Positions 1 to 15,749 of a stretch of DNA of 64,000 nucleotides are shown piece by piece (the first letter of the stretch is position 1; the number at the start of each line of letters is the position of its first letter). The position numbers and the translations under genes were made by a program. The DNA lies in NCBI RefSeq assembly GCF_009914755.1, contig NC_060926.1. One strand, written 5' to 3'. This DNA is from the human T2T-CHM13v2.0 reference genome, Homo sapiens. The notes beneath the pieces were generated by a model. The model saw only the letters and a program-made list of their open reading frames with translations, searched no databases and was not told the DNA's origin.

Positions 1-713
1 TTACAGTATAGAATTGTCAGTCTTCTTCATGTTAATCATTCTTCTGAGTGTATAGTGGTATCTCATTATGTTTTTAATTTGCATTTCCCTGATGACTAAT
101 GATATCGAATAGCTTTTAATGTACATATTAACCATCTGTATATTCCCCTTTGTGAAATGTCTATTGAATATATTGCTCATTTATTAATCAGCTTTTTTTT
201 CTTAATGAGTTGGAATTTTTTATTAGTATATATCCTGGATATCAATCTTTTATCTCTCTGTCTCATACACACACACACACAGCATTTTTTTCCTCTTACT
301 GTGTTAGTTTTCTTAACAGTGTCTTTTGGTGAGCAGTTTTTAATTTTGTTGAGGTCTGATTTTGTATGATTATTGATTTCTGTGTGTCGCTCAATAAATC
401 TTTGCCTACTCTCAAATTATAAAGATATTTTCCTATGATTTCTTCTAGAGCTTTGTTGTTTTAGCTTCTGTGTTTAGGTCTAGGATTAACTTTGAGTTCA
501 CTTGAGTGTAGTGTAAGGTGAGAATCCAGGATGCTTCATTTTTTTTCTTTATACTGATATCTAGTTGTTCAGGATCATTTGTTGAAAAGAGTTTCTTTTC
601 TCCGTTGGAATGCTTTGGCACCTTTTATCAAAAAATCAGTTGACCATATATATGTGAGTCTATTTGGGAGTTTCCAGCTATTCTGTTGATCTGTTGTTGA
701 TCCTTATGCTAGT

Positions 714-1104
714 ACAGTAATCGCCTCTTTATCCATGAGAGGATATGTTCCAAGACCCCCAATGGATGCCTGAAACTGTGGATAGTACAAAACCCTCTAT
801 GCTATGATTTTCGTATCTGATAACCAAGATAGCTACTAAGTGACGAATGTGTGGGTAGTATGTGCAGTGTGGATATGCTGGAAGAAGGTGTGAGTCATGT
901 CCCAGGTGGGACACAGCAGGACAGATTTCACACTACTCAGAATTTAAATCATGAATTCTTTACTTCTGGAATTTAAAACTTATGAATTGTTTAATTCTGG
1001 AATTTTAAACTTCTGAATTGTTTATGTCCATTTAATGTTATGAGACTGAAACCATGGGTAACTGAAACAGCAGAAAGCAAACCACAGATAAGGGGGGACT
1101 CCTG
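714..1104 (+). mobile_element. MER44/Tigger7-type TcMar-Tigger MITE
   Basis: Termini cagtaatcgcctctttatcc...gataagggggactcctg resemble TIRs; internal gttccaagaccccc...ggatgcctgaaac. Confidence 0.75.
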
Positions 1105-1311
1105 TCCCACACTGTCTTGAGTACTGTAGCTTCAAAAGTAAGTCTTCAAATCAAGTTGTGTAAGCCCTCAATTTTGTTCTGCATTTTCAAAACCACTTTT
1201 TGACATTTGTAGGCTCTTCATATTGCTGTTCGAATTATAGAATTAGTTTGTCAGTTTCTTTTTTTTTTTAAGTCTGATGTGATTACAATTTGCATTGTCT
1301 TGAATCTGGAA

Positions 1312-1735
1312 CACCTGGTGAAAACTATTTTCATAATAATACTTAGACATTATTTGCTTTCACACTCATTGTCTCAGGAGTACACTGGAGTTTTCCAGAG
1401 AATACATAATGTGTGATCTTGCAGCAGATTGAATGCAGAAGCAGATAGGCAATCAGGCTCTCTTCTTTTATGGTAAACATTAATGGTATTTGCAAAAGTG
1501 TAAAACAATGCAAAGCTTAATACATTTTATTTTAGGAAAAAGAAAAATTATTTTAACATTTAATGGGCTTGTTAATTTTAAATGAATTAATATTTTAACA
1601 TTTTTTAATTTTAAATTCCTTCTCTGGTAAATTTTGATAGCTATAAACTACATAAATATTAAAAGTTTTTTGGGATCCTCAGTTGTTTTTGAGAGTTTCA
1701 AGGAGTCCTGAGAATGAAGGGTTTGAAAACTGCTG
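1312..1735 (+). mobile_element. hAT-Charlie (Charlie1-like) 3' fragment
   Basis: Ends ...tttgggatcctcag...gagtcctgag...gtttgaaaactgctg, like the Charlie1 terminus. Confidence 0.6.
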
Positions 1736-1878
1736 CCATAGCTCAATTTTGGGACAATTGATGCCTTAACAATATTTATTTTTTCAATCCATGAATATGG
1801 TATATCTCTACATTTATATATGTTTTATAGTTTTCAGTATAGAGATTTCTGAAGATGTTTTGTTAAATATATTTCTAA

Positions 1879-2191
<313 letters not shown>

Positions 2192-2351
2192 TCTAAGTAT
2201 TGTATATTGTTTACACTTACATAAATGTAATATAACTTTAAATTGAGTTTTCTGCTAATATATAGAAATACATTTAATTTATATTTAGTGACCTTGCAGC
2301 CTCCAAAATTTCAAAATTCACACATTAGTCTGGTAACCTCAAACTCATATT

Positions 2352-2855
2352 GTCAAGAACTGTGAAAGGTTTGAGATTTTATCTTGCTTGCAGGCTAAAA
2401 AGTTAGCCTCCCACAGTTTCATGGATGCTGACAGAAGACAGGAGAATCCTGGGTAAGAGATAAAGAACTTTATTACTCATGGCATAGCAGGCAGCATGAG
2501 CTTCATGTTCAGATTGGGTCTCCACACTCCCTAAGCTTCATGGGGTAACGCAGAGTAGCCCAGGTCGATGTTACTCGTGTAGTAGGTTTGTGTCGCAGTT
2601 GAGGAACCCTGAGCTTAGGAAATACCATTCTTTAAAAGGGGCTGCTAGCCAACTTTGCCTAATCTTTGTGCCAGATGGAGATGTTATTTTCATTTCCCTG
2701 GATAGCAAACAAATCTTTCCTTTGCCACAGAAGGAGATACTATCTGTTTTCCAAGACTGTGTACTATATAAACATTCTTGAAAAGACAGGCCAGAAGAAA
2801 AGCTGATAAAGATATGCAGAAACACAGAAGGCACATGGGTAATTTTTTCCCAACT
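2352..2855 (-). mobile_element. Solo ERVL-class LTR (LTR40-like)
   Basis: Ends tgtcaagaactgtgaa... and ...gtaattttttcccaac resemble the remembered LTR40 consensus. Confidence 0.65.
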
Positions 2856-3315
2856 TGTATTGTTGGGATTTTCTTCTTAGTCATGTCATGTCAAATACAG
2901 TTAGTATTGTGTCTTTCCAGTATTTATGCTTCTCCCCTTTTGCTATATTTTACTAGCCAGGACTGCTAGTGTAATGTAGAACAGGAGTGGTGACAGTGGT
3001 CATCTTTGCCTTTTGTTCTAGGTTTTAGGGTGAAAGTATGTTATTTTACCAATCAGTATAATACATTAACAAAATAATCATTGTAGAAACGGGGTCTAAA
3101 ATGAGGAAATTATCTTATATTACTCATTTGCTGAGTGTTTCCTTTTATCATGAAGGCTTGTTGTATTTGCCAGATGCATTTTCTGTATGTAGTGTGATCA
3201 TCAATAAAAATACGATTATTTTTTATTCCTTTATTCTGTCAGTATGGTTAGTTAAATCAATTAAGTTTTAAATGTTAAACCAACCTTGCATTACTAGGAT
3301 AAATTCCACTTGAGG

Positions 3316-3615
3316 TGAGGCATGGTGGTTATACCTGTAATCCCAGCTTTGGAAGGCTGAGGCAGGAAGATCACTTGAGGCCATTAGTTTGAGACCATCC
3401 TGGGTAACACAATGAGACTCCATCTCTACAAAAAATAAAAATATTAGCTGGGTGTGGTGGTGCACGCCTGTAGCCCAAGCTACTCAGGAGGCAGATGTCG
3501 GAGGATTACTTGAGCTCAGGAGTTTGAGGTTACAGTGATGATCATGTCACTGCTCTCCATCCTGGGTGACAGAGTAAGACCTTGTCACCCTGTTTCTCTA
3601 CAGGAAAAAAAAAAA
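3316..3615 (+). mobile_element. AluJ
   Basis: Diverged dimeric Alu with A-tail; AluJ-type ggaggattacttgagctcaggag. Confidence 0.9.
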
Positions 3616-4954
3616 TCCCACTTTGTCAGGGTGTATTAGCCTTTTTCTATATTATGAATTCGATTTGTGGACCCTTTTTAAAGAATTTTTCCATATATGT
3701 TGATGAGGAATATTGGTCTGTGAGGGTTTGGTATCATGGTTATGATGGCCTCCAAAAACAGGTTGGGAGGTGTTTCTTCTTCCTGTATACTTTGAAGAGT
3801 TTTTATAAGATGGGTTTTCTATCTTTCTTAAATATTTGTTAGAATTAACTGGTGAACATATGGTCTTGGTCTTTTATTTATGAGAAAGTTTTTGAAAAAA
3901 TTCACTTCGCTAGATATAGGATTATTTATATTTTCACTTTCACTCTGTGTCGTTCTTTTTATCGGTCTGACAGATGAAAATAACCTGTTTTAAATAACAG
4001 TGAGGTTAAATAGTAGTAGTTTATGGCTGTTTGCATTTTTTTCCTCCTATTTTCCGGCCAGTTTTCTATTAGATCATGTATCTTTTTCTTGTTGAACTCT
4101 TTATATAATACTATGAACTTTCTGATATCTGTCTATATACCAACCTATAATCAATATTTTCCCTATTTTTCTTTTATTCTGTTTATATGTATTTGCTATG
4201 CAGAAGATTTTAAATTTTATGTAGTCTTATCTGTTAATTTTTTCTATATGGTTTTTGGCCCTAACATCATACAATTGTATTGAATCACAGCCATACTCAC
4301 TTGTTTATATGTTGTCTATAGCTGCTTTCTTCCTGTAATGGCAGAGTTGAGTTGTGACGGAGACTGCATGTAGCTCTGTGATCACTTTTCACTGCTGCTT
4401 GGCACCCCAAAAATCATAGTTACCACATTTAATTATTTTAAACTTAGAAATTGTCAGTGTTTTTAGTGGCATGTGTATTAACTTACAGTGACTTTTTTTT
4501 ATTTTTTATCAGTGTAAATCCTTGATGTCAGAAGAGTAGAAAAGTAGACTCTGAATGTCATACTTTAAAAGGCATAGTGGAGTATGGATTATTTTGTTAT
4601 TAAATTAGATGGCAAAGCATTGTGTTTATTATGTAATGAGACTGTAACTGTGCTAAAAGAATATACGGTATGCTGACATTACCAGACTAATCACTTATCA
4701 CAATATTTTCAACTCACAGAAATGCTGTGGTGAAAAGTTAGAAAATTTAAAATCAAATGTTTCATTATAGCAGAATTTCTTTACACAAAAAAGAACATTC
4801 AGCTGCAAACAAGGTAAATTTGCAAGTGACTCCTTTGTTATCCAAGCCAGGAAAGCCATTTATTGATGGTGAGTTAATTAAATCATGCTTGATTGCAGCA
4901 GCTGAAGAAATGTGTTCAGAGAAAACAAAATTGTTTAAGACTCTTCTAAGCCTT

Positions 4955-5255
<301 letters not shown>

Positions 5256-5523
5256 CTACTATTGAAGACTGAGTGGCTTTGGAAATTAGCTTTAGCTGCA
5301 GAGTTGATAATGAATTCAACATAAAACTATAAGGCAAAACAGTGCTTATATGTGAAACTTAATATTGAAGTAAAGTCACTTAGATGCCACCTAACATTGT
5401 TTTAATCACTAGTAATATTAAGATGCTTTATACACTTCTTATGCTGTCAAAAGTGAAAATAAGAAATGAGATCTCTGTTTGCATACCAGTTGTAGCAGAT
5501 ACATTTTCTTAGCTCAACTAAGT

Positions 5524-5861
5524 ACTGTTGACCTTCCATATCCATGAGTTCTGCATCTGTTTTTAACCAGCTTTGAATCAAACATATCTGGGAGAAACAA
5601 ATGGCATCTGTACTGAACATTCACAGACACTTTTTGATCATTATTCTCTAAACAATACAGTATAACAACTATTTACATAGCATTTACATTGTATTAGGTA
5701 TTATGAGTAATCTAGAGATTATTTAAAATATACAAGAGGATATGCATAGATTATAAGCAAATACTATGACATTTTATATTAGGGACTGGAATATCCACAG
5801 TTTTTGGAATCTGAGGGAGGTCCTGGAACTAATCTCCCATGGATACCAGGGGACAGCTGTA
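5524..5861 (-). mobile_element. MER2 (Tigger-family MITE) nested in the Cheshire-like element
   Basis: ta-ctgttgaccttccatatcc...ggataccaggggacagctg-ta with TA flanks; internal catagcatttacattgtattagg. Confidence 0.8.
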
Positions 5862-6214
5862 CCAGCAGTGCTTTTGGACCACAATGCAAGTAGAAAGGAA
5901 ATTTCTATAATTCAAAATCTATTTAACTGTGCAGTTGAAGAGCTTCCACTTAACTTTAATTGCAAGTGAAGAATCTGAAATGTAGCAACATACCAAAAGG
6001 AGGATATCAACAGAAGAATATAATAAAAATTTTTAAATGCCATCCAAGTAATGAATATGCTTAAATAAAATCATATGCTCCTGGATAACAGTATTTTTTC
6101 CATACACAAATAGGTGTGTGAAAAGACATTTTCAGAGATGAAATATGTAAAATCTCATTAGAGATTAGCATTAGCAGAGTAACATTTGCGATTCTTTTTT
6201 TGTGGGGTGGGGGG

Positions 6215-6680
6215 AGGGTGTAAACATATGTTTTTATTTCTCTTGAATAAATGCCCAGGAGTGCAGTTACTAAGTCATGTAGTAGTTGCATGTTTAGTTT
6301 TTTTTTTTAAACAATAAACATTATTTTTCGATAATTTTTAGATTCACAGCCAAAATGAAGGGAAATAGATATATAGTCCATATACTCCCTGCCCCCAAAT
6401 GTGCACAGCTTCTTCCATTATCTATTACCACTCCCACACCAGAGGGGTAATTTGTTATAAATGATGAACCTGCATTGACTCATCATCATCGTCCAGAGTC
6501 CATAGTTTATATTGCTGACTCTTGATGTTGTACATTCTGTGGGTTTGGAAAAATGAATAATGGCATGTATCTGCCATTACAGCATCCTACAGAGTATTTT
6601 CACTGCTCTAAAAATCCTCTATGCTCCACCTATTCATTCTTCCTTCTCCCCTAATCCTTGGCAACCACTGATCTTTTTAT
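6215..6680 (-). mobile_element. L1M/L1MA-type fragments nested in the Cheshire-like element
   Basis: L1 3' UTR-like ...ttcactgctctaaaaatcctctatgctcc...ggcaaccactgatct. Confidence 0.7.
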
Positions 6681-8839
6681 TATTTTGATAATATTTGCAG
6701 TTGATTTTGATCATAAGGAATACTAACTTTGAGTCCCAATTAAGCAAATTGTCCTCCCTCTACCAAAAGAATATCATTCTTCACATTAGGAGGCTTATAT
6801 ACAAATAATTATACTTTGTTATTAATATTATGTTTTGAATTTTGTCAATGAAAAATGTGTGTGAAATTGTTTTCTCTCATTAAGTACCCTCTATGATACC
6901 CTCAATATTGCCTTTTGGCCCACAACTAAAATATATACTATATGGGTCTTTATGGAAAAAGTTTGCTAACCCCTGATTCATATCAATGTTTAACTATTCT
7001 AACCATTTAGATCAGAGAATGAATGTTTTTGTGCCTCAATAAATGTCAGTTTCAAAAACCAACAGCAGTAAAGGAAATTTTGTTTGGGGCTCAGGATATT
7101 TTGCTCCGGAAGTTAAGCTTACTTAAAGTTTACTCCTGTTCTGAAATTGTGTTAAGTTGTCTGGGAGAGGGTTGAGCACAATACATGACTGTTGATTCCT
7201 CTCCGTGTACTTGTTAGGTATCCCTGGTACCCTGAGATGATGGCCCCACTCAAAGCCAGACTTCCGAGAGCCTGGACTGGGGAGAAAGATGCCCCTGGCT
7301 CTGTGCACTGATGCCTCCCTCCCCGCCCCACTCCATTCATACCCACACCCTCTCCCTCTAGTCTGCACCTCTTCCTCCTGTGCATGGGAATATCTAGTCC
7401 CTCAGTTCCCAAATTTCTGCAGATGAAGCACCCATTCTTGTCATTCCCACTTATGATCCATTTTGATCTAGAAGGTAGTGTTGTCTCCTAGGAGGGCAAC
7501 AAGCAAGTCTGAGCTGCCTGCCCCAGAGTTTTTGCTGTTTGCTAAGGCATCTCTGGGGTGAACAGAGGGCAGGTCAATGTTACCTGCTGACCTTGAAACC
7601 CTTGGTGTGTGTGCAGCACAGCCTGGAAGTTGTCAGTCAAGATTATTCTCAAGCCTCATAGACTCAGGTTCCTAGTACAGACATCTGCATCCAGACCAGT
7701 TATCTGCTCACAAAACAAAGTTGAAGAGAACAAGAATGAACATCATGCAGTTTTGATTTTTGCCTCTTCATTCTCCCTTTCCCCCATTTTCATCCACAAA
7801 TGCTTACTGTCTTCACCATTTTGTGCAATATTAATTTCTCTGGGTTATTTATAGGGAGTGGGTGGGCACAGTGCTTATGACTTAGAATGGAAGACGGTAT
7901 TCCCCGAAGAGCTCTCAACAGCTCACAGTCTGAGGGAGACCCTGTGGGTACTTGGTCTGTTGATCCTGTTGAAAAGTGAGCATAGCATGTGGGAAAGTGA
8001 CTCATGGATGTGACTTCACCATTGCCCTCCTTTTAAACTTCTTACAGTGAAAGCATAACCCAGTTCTGACAAAGGTTTTCAGCCAGGGCTGGGCCTGCCT
8101 TTGACTCAGCGATGTGTCACATTCTCTCTGCCGGAAACTCTCATTCTTAACACCAGTCATCATGGTCCTGGCAACACACTTTTTGGAGAGGTGTTGGTAT
8201 TTGGTGGATTTATTTTCTTTTCCAGCTGCCCACAAAAAAACAAACTCAGAAATATCTATTTGTTTTTCCTTTGAAAAGTTTGTTGGAATAGTGTGTCATT
8301 TCTCCATCTGGAGCCGTTGTTGCTTTGCCAAGGATAGTTTGCTTAGGGCCATGGCAAGGTGACGGTGGCCCTAAGTGAAGGGTAAAATAACTGGGGCGGC
8401 ATGCCCGTCTGGGATGGCGAAACCTCTGAGCTGCTGTCAGGCGGTGGGTGGCTAGCCATGGCTGGTGGCCACAGGCCATCACTTCAACTGTGGCTGGGAT
8501 TTGCTTAAAGAAGTCCTTTAAGTTTCTTAAGTAATGTCTGCCCAGTCACTCACCTAAGCGGATACCTCTTTACTGTTCGGTGATTTTGTGCCAAGAGAAT
8601 GCCTAGACTTGCCAGCCCACATTGGAAACTTCCCAGAAGCCCAAGGGCCACACCTAATTTACAAGAACTGGAACCCCTATTCCATTCTTTGCTGCTTACA
8701 GCTTATGGGAGAGGCATGTTCTAACGGGCTTCTTTCCTTCTAATTTGTAGATCCTGTGCAGGCAGCTCCTTGAAGGCAGGGCTGTGCCTTTCTTGTATGT
8801 TTTCTTAGAGTGTTGAGCTCAGAGGAGACCCCAGTAGAG

Positions 8840-8985
8840 AAGGCACTGTGGCGTGGGGGAGTAACACCTGTTTAGTAGTCAGGGGAATAGGGTCAAAACT
8901 CCACGTTGGCCACGGGCTATGAGATCTTGGCCCAGTCAGTTCATTTCTCTGGGCATTTCCTCATCATCCAATTGCTGGGCTGAGT
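8840..8985 (+). mobile_element. MIR fragment
   Basis: Degenerate MIR core (gagatcttggcccagtcagtt...ctctgggcatttcctcatc). Confidence 0.5.
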
Positions 8986-8997
8986 GATTCTCTAAAG

Positions 8998-9166
8998 CAG
9001 TGGTTCTCACCCTTGCTAGATGTATGAGAAACACCTGTGGACTTTTTATTCTTTAATCATACATGATCTGGCCACAGCCACTCATAGTGGGTTCGGCAAG
9101 TCTGGGTGGAGCTTGCAGAGTAAAGATTTTTCCAGAGTTCTTTATGGCCAGGGTTGAGGGCCACTA
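8998..9166. mobile_element. MER5-type hAT MITE
   Basis: cagtggttctca...gccagggttgagggccact termini. Confidence 0.6.
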
Positions 9167-9209
9167 TGTGCAGTCCCTGACTAGATAAGCAATGGGAACA
9201 AAGAGTGAG

Positions 9210-9549
9210 TCGTTCAGGCCACTTCCAAGCTTACTCACGTGGCTTTGGGTAGGTCTTGGTTCCTCATGGCTTTTGGCGGAAGGCCTCATTCATACCTCAC
9301 TACCTGGGCCTCTCCATAGGACAGCTAGCTTGCCTTCCTCACAGTGAATGAGAATGTGGACAAAGTAGAAGCTACAGTCTTTTTGTAAACGCAATCTCAG
9401 AAGTGATGTCCCATCATGTTTGTCATATTTTATTCATTAGAAATGAGTCCCTTGATCTGCCTTATACTCTAGGGGAGAGGATTCTGCAAGAGTCTGGACT
9501 ACCAGGCAGTGGGATCATTGGGTGCCATCTTAGAGGCTGCCTTGCACAG
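9210..9549 (-). mobile_element. MLT1-type MaLR LTR fragment
   Basis: agaagtgatgtcccatc...tattcattagaaatgagtc...gccatcttagaggctgcc..caca. Confidence 0.6.
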
Positions 9550-9659
9550 CATCTAGGAGGTGGCTGCAGAATGGATTTTGGAGCAGGAACAGGGGGAAGG
9601 GAAGCAGGGAATCAGAAGGGTGTGGTCCACAAGCTAATGGAAGGAGGATAGAATTCAAG

Positions 9660-11025
9660 TATAGGCTAGGTTATGATGTCGTAACAACAAGTCATAATCT
9701 GAGGGGCTTGAAATAACAAAGATTTATTTCTTCCTCATGCAGATAGTAGTTACAGGCTGTTTTGGGCTTTGTGCCATATCATCACACGTGGGACATGTTC
9801 ATCACGGGTCATCTGGGGATTCTTCTTTATGTCATTTTCACTGTGGGACCTAAGCTGACAAAGCAGCTTGAATGTGGAAAAACTCCAACTGTGCTTCCCC
9901 CACTATACTCTCACAAAGCAAATCTGACACCGGATGTGTGGGGATTTCTGCCCACCAGCAAGCAAGCAGTCAGTTCTGCAGTGCACACCAACTGAATGTC
10001 CTTTAATTGAATTCTGACACTGTCTACCTGGAGACAGCATCGGATCCCACAGGTTCAGGGCTCAGTCCCACGAGACTGCCCCCGTTTCAGATACCAGTTG
10101 CAAGTCTGAGCCTCTGGAACTTCTGACCAACCAGTGTCAAGTTGGGGTTCCCATGATCTGCTGTTTGGGTTTGACTAATTTGCTAGAGCGGCTCACAGAA
10201 CTCATGGAAACACAGGTTTACCAGTTTATTATAAAGGATATTGCAAAGGATACAGACGAAGAGGTGCTTAGGGAGAGGTTTAGGGGAAGGGGCGCAGATC
10301 TTCCATGTCCTCCCGGGATGCACCACCCTCCAGGCACCTCCACATGTTCAGCTATCTGAAGCTCTCTGAACCCAGTCCTCTTCGGCCTTTTATGGAGACT
10401 TCATTGGATAGGCATGATTGAAGCATGGAGTGGGGAAACCTACCAAGGCCTGTCCAGATTCTCAGCCTCTCTGTGCAGCATTCCTTCCTCCAGGGTCTGG
10501 GGCAGCACCCCTGAAACAGGGGCCTTAGGACCTGCAATCAGACAAGGAAGGTCCTCGAATTTGTTCACGGTCAGTTTCAGGACAGAAAGGCAGGGGGATA
10601 TCTGAGTATGTTTTTAGTTTCTAAGGCCTTCCTTGGGGAGAAAAAAGTGCAGGTGAAAGGAAGGCAGAAGGTCAGTGAGAGAGAGATTTGTTTTTTGAGG
10701 ACTAAAAGTGCCCCAACATGAGGTGATAAGGACTATGGGAGTTATGAGCCAGAAACCATGGTTGAAAACCGGTATATTAATATATATGTCATAGTATCAC
10801 GCAAGTACTCTCAGAAACATTGCTGGTTGCCATGGCAGAGGGAAAAAGTTATGGAAAAGCATGTATTAGCTCTTAAAACTTCAGCCTATGTTATTTCCAT
10901 TCACGTTTCATTGGCCAAATTATGTCTTATGGTCTACCACCGCTTCAGAGGGGGCGAGGATATGTACTCCTGTCATGTGTCCCGAGAGTAGAAGTCTGGA
11001 GATATTTGATTAGCACCAATGACAC
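9660..11025 (-). mobile_element. Old MLT1J/K-like MaLR LTR split by the MER21 insertion
   Basis: aggctaggttatg...aacaaagatttatttctt on the left; ttcacgtttcattggccaa on the right. Confidence 0.5.
9872..10800 (-). mobile_element. MER21-type solo LTR
   Basis: aattctgacactgtctacctggag...gatcccacaggtt..gggctcagtccca; end gggagttatgagccagaaaccatgg..gaaaacc...atcac. Confidence 0.75.
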
Positions 11026-11656
11026 CCCTGGGGGGAGTAGTCAGTAGTGTTGCCCTCCACAGAGCCGGGCAACGTGACCACTGAACATGGTGTTTCGGTT
11101 GGCATTCACGTGGTCATTGTTAATCTTAATCTTGGCCAGTTCAGTAGTTGTAGAAAAATGATGTATAACCTGATTGCATGGTTTGAGGAGTGAATAGGAG
11201 ATGAGAAGGTGCAGAGAGCTAGAAGGAAAGAATTGTAGACATTTTTTACCATGAAGGAAGTTTGAATTACCAGCCTTTCCTCATTCTTTTGTATGTAATC
11301 ATAGAATGATGTCACAGTGTTTTTTTTTTTTGTTTTTTTATTTTACCATGTACATATCAACAGATTTTTCTTTGACTATAAAGGACTCTGTGCTTTGATA
11401 ATAATCCAGAAATGACCAGAGGAAGTTTATCTTGTGTGCACTTTCAATATTGTATTTAAATAGGAAATCACCCCTTTTTACAGTTTTCATCTCGAGCCAA
11501 ACAAAGTCAAGGTATTATGAGAACTGCAACGCTTTTTGAAGAAACCTATCATACATTTATTTTTCTTAGTTTTTCTTTCTTCTTCCCTTTTTAACTGGTT
11601 TTGAAGTTTGGAAATAATTAAATTTTATTCAGTCTCCAAAGTTGCTCTGAAACATC

Positions 11657-11959
11657 AGTTTTTCTTCTTTCTTTCTTTTTTTTTTGGACAGAATCTTGCT
11701 CTGTTGCCTATCCTGGAGGGCAGTGACACAATCTCAGCTAACTGTAACCTCCGCCTCCCAGGTTCAAGCAATTCTTGTGCCTCAGCTTCCTGAGTAGCTG
11801 GGATTACAGGTGCCTGTCACCATGCCCGGCTAATTTTTGTATTTTTAGTAGAGACAGGGTTTCACCATGTTGGCCAGGCTGGTCTCAAACTCCTGACCTC
11901 AGGTAACCCACCCGCCTCGGCCTCCCGAAGTGCTGGGATTGCAGGTGTGAGCCACTGTG
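11657..11959 (-). mobile_element. AluS
   Basis: Antisense dimeric Alu preceded by a T-rich tail. Confidence 0.95.
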
Positions 11960-12478
11960 AGTTTCCCATTTTTGCTGAGTTCAGTATTCAAGCAGGAGAT
12001 GTGAAACTACTTGGCAAATTGTAAGGTGATATACAGGTATAAGTCATTTTGCCACTTTTTCCATTAGTTTTGGTTGGCCAAGTAGTAGCATTCTGCACAT
12101 TTTATTTCTGTTGTGAGCTAATGGTCTGAAGTTGAAGTGCAGATCGTCCGAAACTGTATAATTGAGATGTTGATTATATTTGGCTTCACAGAATTCTAAA
12201 AAGTAGATTTAACGTATATGTTGTCCTGAACTAAATATAAGCTGGCACTTCATTAACATTTAAGAATTGATAGAAAAGAGACGTAGCTGCAAACCGGGGC
12301 TGATCTGCCCAAATGCAGCAGCAATGATTATTTTGCCACCATTTTCTTCTCATCAGTCTCCCATCTCTTGTCATGGCCTTTTTCACTTCTTCCTCTAGCA
12401 GTTTCAACTGACTCAGTTACTTTCTCTAGGCCCTGTACTAGGGTAGAGATACTGAAAGAGCTGGTGATACCTGCCTTA

Positions 12479-13231
<753 letters not shown>

Positions 13232-14107
13232 CTAACTTTATACACAATGACTTAAGATGTCAAGGAAAAATTAGCTTTGATTCAAATATTGTGTATGATC
13301 CTCACATTGCAGGTTTTCGGTGACCTGTGGATAATTGAAAGTTGATACATGATTTAAAAATATTTTTTGGGGGGCAACATTTTCTAAAAGGTAAACCTTA
13401 GGTATACATTTTGATTTATTACTAACTTGACATTCCAATATTTAAACTTCAAATTTTGAAATACAATAAAGTTACTCCTATTGTAATTTAAAATATCTTG
13501 AGATAGCTGCAAAAACCATCTATTTGTTGGTCCTATCAAAGAAATTGACATTATTCAGCTATGAGAGTTATGCTGGAATTACGTTTGTAAAAAATTCCTT
13601 CCCACTTTCTTGGCAAGATGCAAGAATGATGGGCTGTAAAATTGAACCGTTAAAATGGCCTTATGCGTGTTTGAACCAACATCTGATTTTGAAGTTACCC
13701 AACTGCCTGTTACCAATTTACCTACTTTACTGGGTGTTATGTTTTTGTCAATGGGGGTTATTAAATTTAATACTCTAAGTAAGTGATATAATCCACACTT
13801 TTTAGCACACGATGCTATTCTGATAAAAGTCACTTCCAGGTACTTGTAAGTGAAATGCTTTAGCAGGCAAATTCTTCTAAGGGTGTTTCTTTTCCTAATC
13901 AATATAAATGTGCTTCTTATTTTTCTAGGCATTAGGTCCTCTTTTCAGGCTATGATATATATGTTGTTCAGCTATTATTTGCATGCAAGAGTAGACACCA
14001 AAAGTTTCTGATTTCTTAGTAATAAATTAAACCTCTTTGAGCTGTTGAAGTTATTATTGCCCATGTGCAACAGTAAAAAGGAATATTAAGGTATGTTTGG
14101 AGTTGTA

Positions 14108-14979
<872 letters not shown>

Positions 14980-15338
14980 TATGTGTTTTGACTGTAAGTG
15001 GTTAGGAAAGATGAATTTTCGTCTCTCCTCCTCTGCCAGTTGAGATATACTTCTAGGGCTAGAGAGGTGATACTGCTGTTTTATAGGGAAGACAAGTCGT
15101 GAATTCTAAAAGAGGACACTGTCAGATGTGATAGTGTAAGAGGGCCACACGGCTATGGAGAATGTTCCATATAAGCTTCACACACTGACAACCTGGGCAG
15201 TGCTATGCTAATCAATGGGAAGGTTGTTGTATTGCTGCTTTAAAATTATTTCCTTGAGTCCAGCTATAACTGGGATTCCAAGGAATTACTAAGGGGGATA
15301 CAAAGCTTTCTCCATTTACTGATTTGCTTTTGGAAAAG

Positions 15339-15749
15339 CGTATAAGTCCGTTCTTGCCCTGCTATAAATAAATACCAGAGACTGGGTAATTTACAAAGAA
15401 AAGATATTTAATTGGCTCAAGGTTCTGCAGGCTGTACAGGAAGCACGGCAGCATCTGCTTCTGGGGAGGCCTCAGGAGCTTTTACTCGTGGCAGAAAGCA
15501 AAGTCAGAGCAAGCATCTTCACATGGCCAGAGCAGGAGGAAGAGAGAGGGGGGTGAGGTGTCACATACTTTTAAACAACCAGATCTTGTGAAAACTCTGT
15601 CACAAGACAGCACCAAGGGGATGGTGATAAATCATTTATGAAGAGTCCACCCCCATGATCCAGGCACCCCCGAACCGGCCCTACCTCCAATATTGGGGAT
15701 TATAATTCGACGTGAGATTTGGGTGGGGACACAGATCCAAACCGTATCA
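15339..15749 (-). mobile_element. MSTA/MSTB MaLR LTR
   Basis: gagactgggtaattta...ggttctgcaggctgtacaggaagca...gagatttgggtggggacacagatccaaaccgtatca. Confidence 0.9.
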
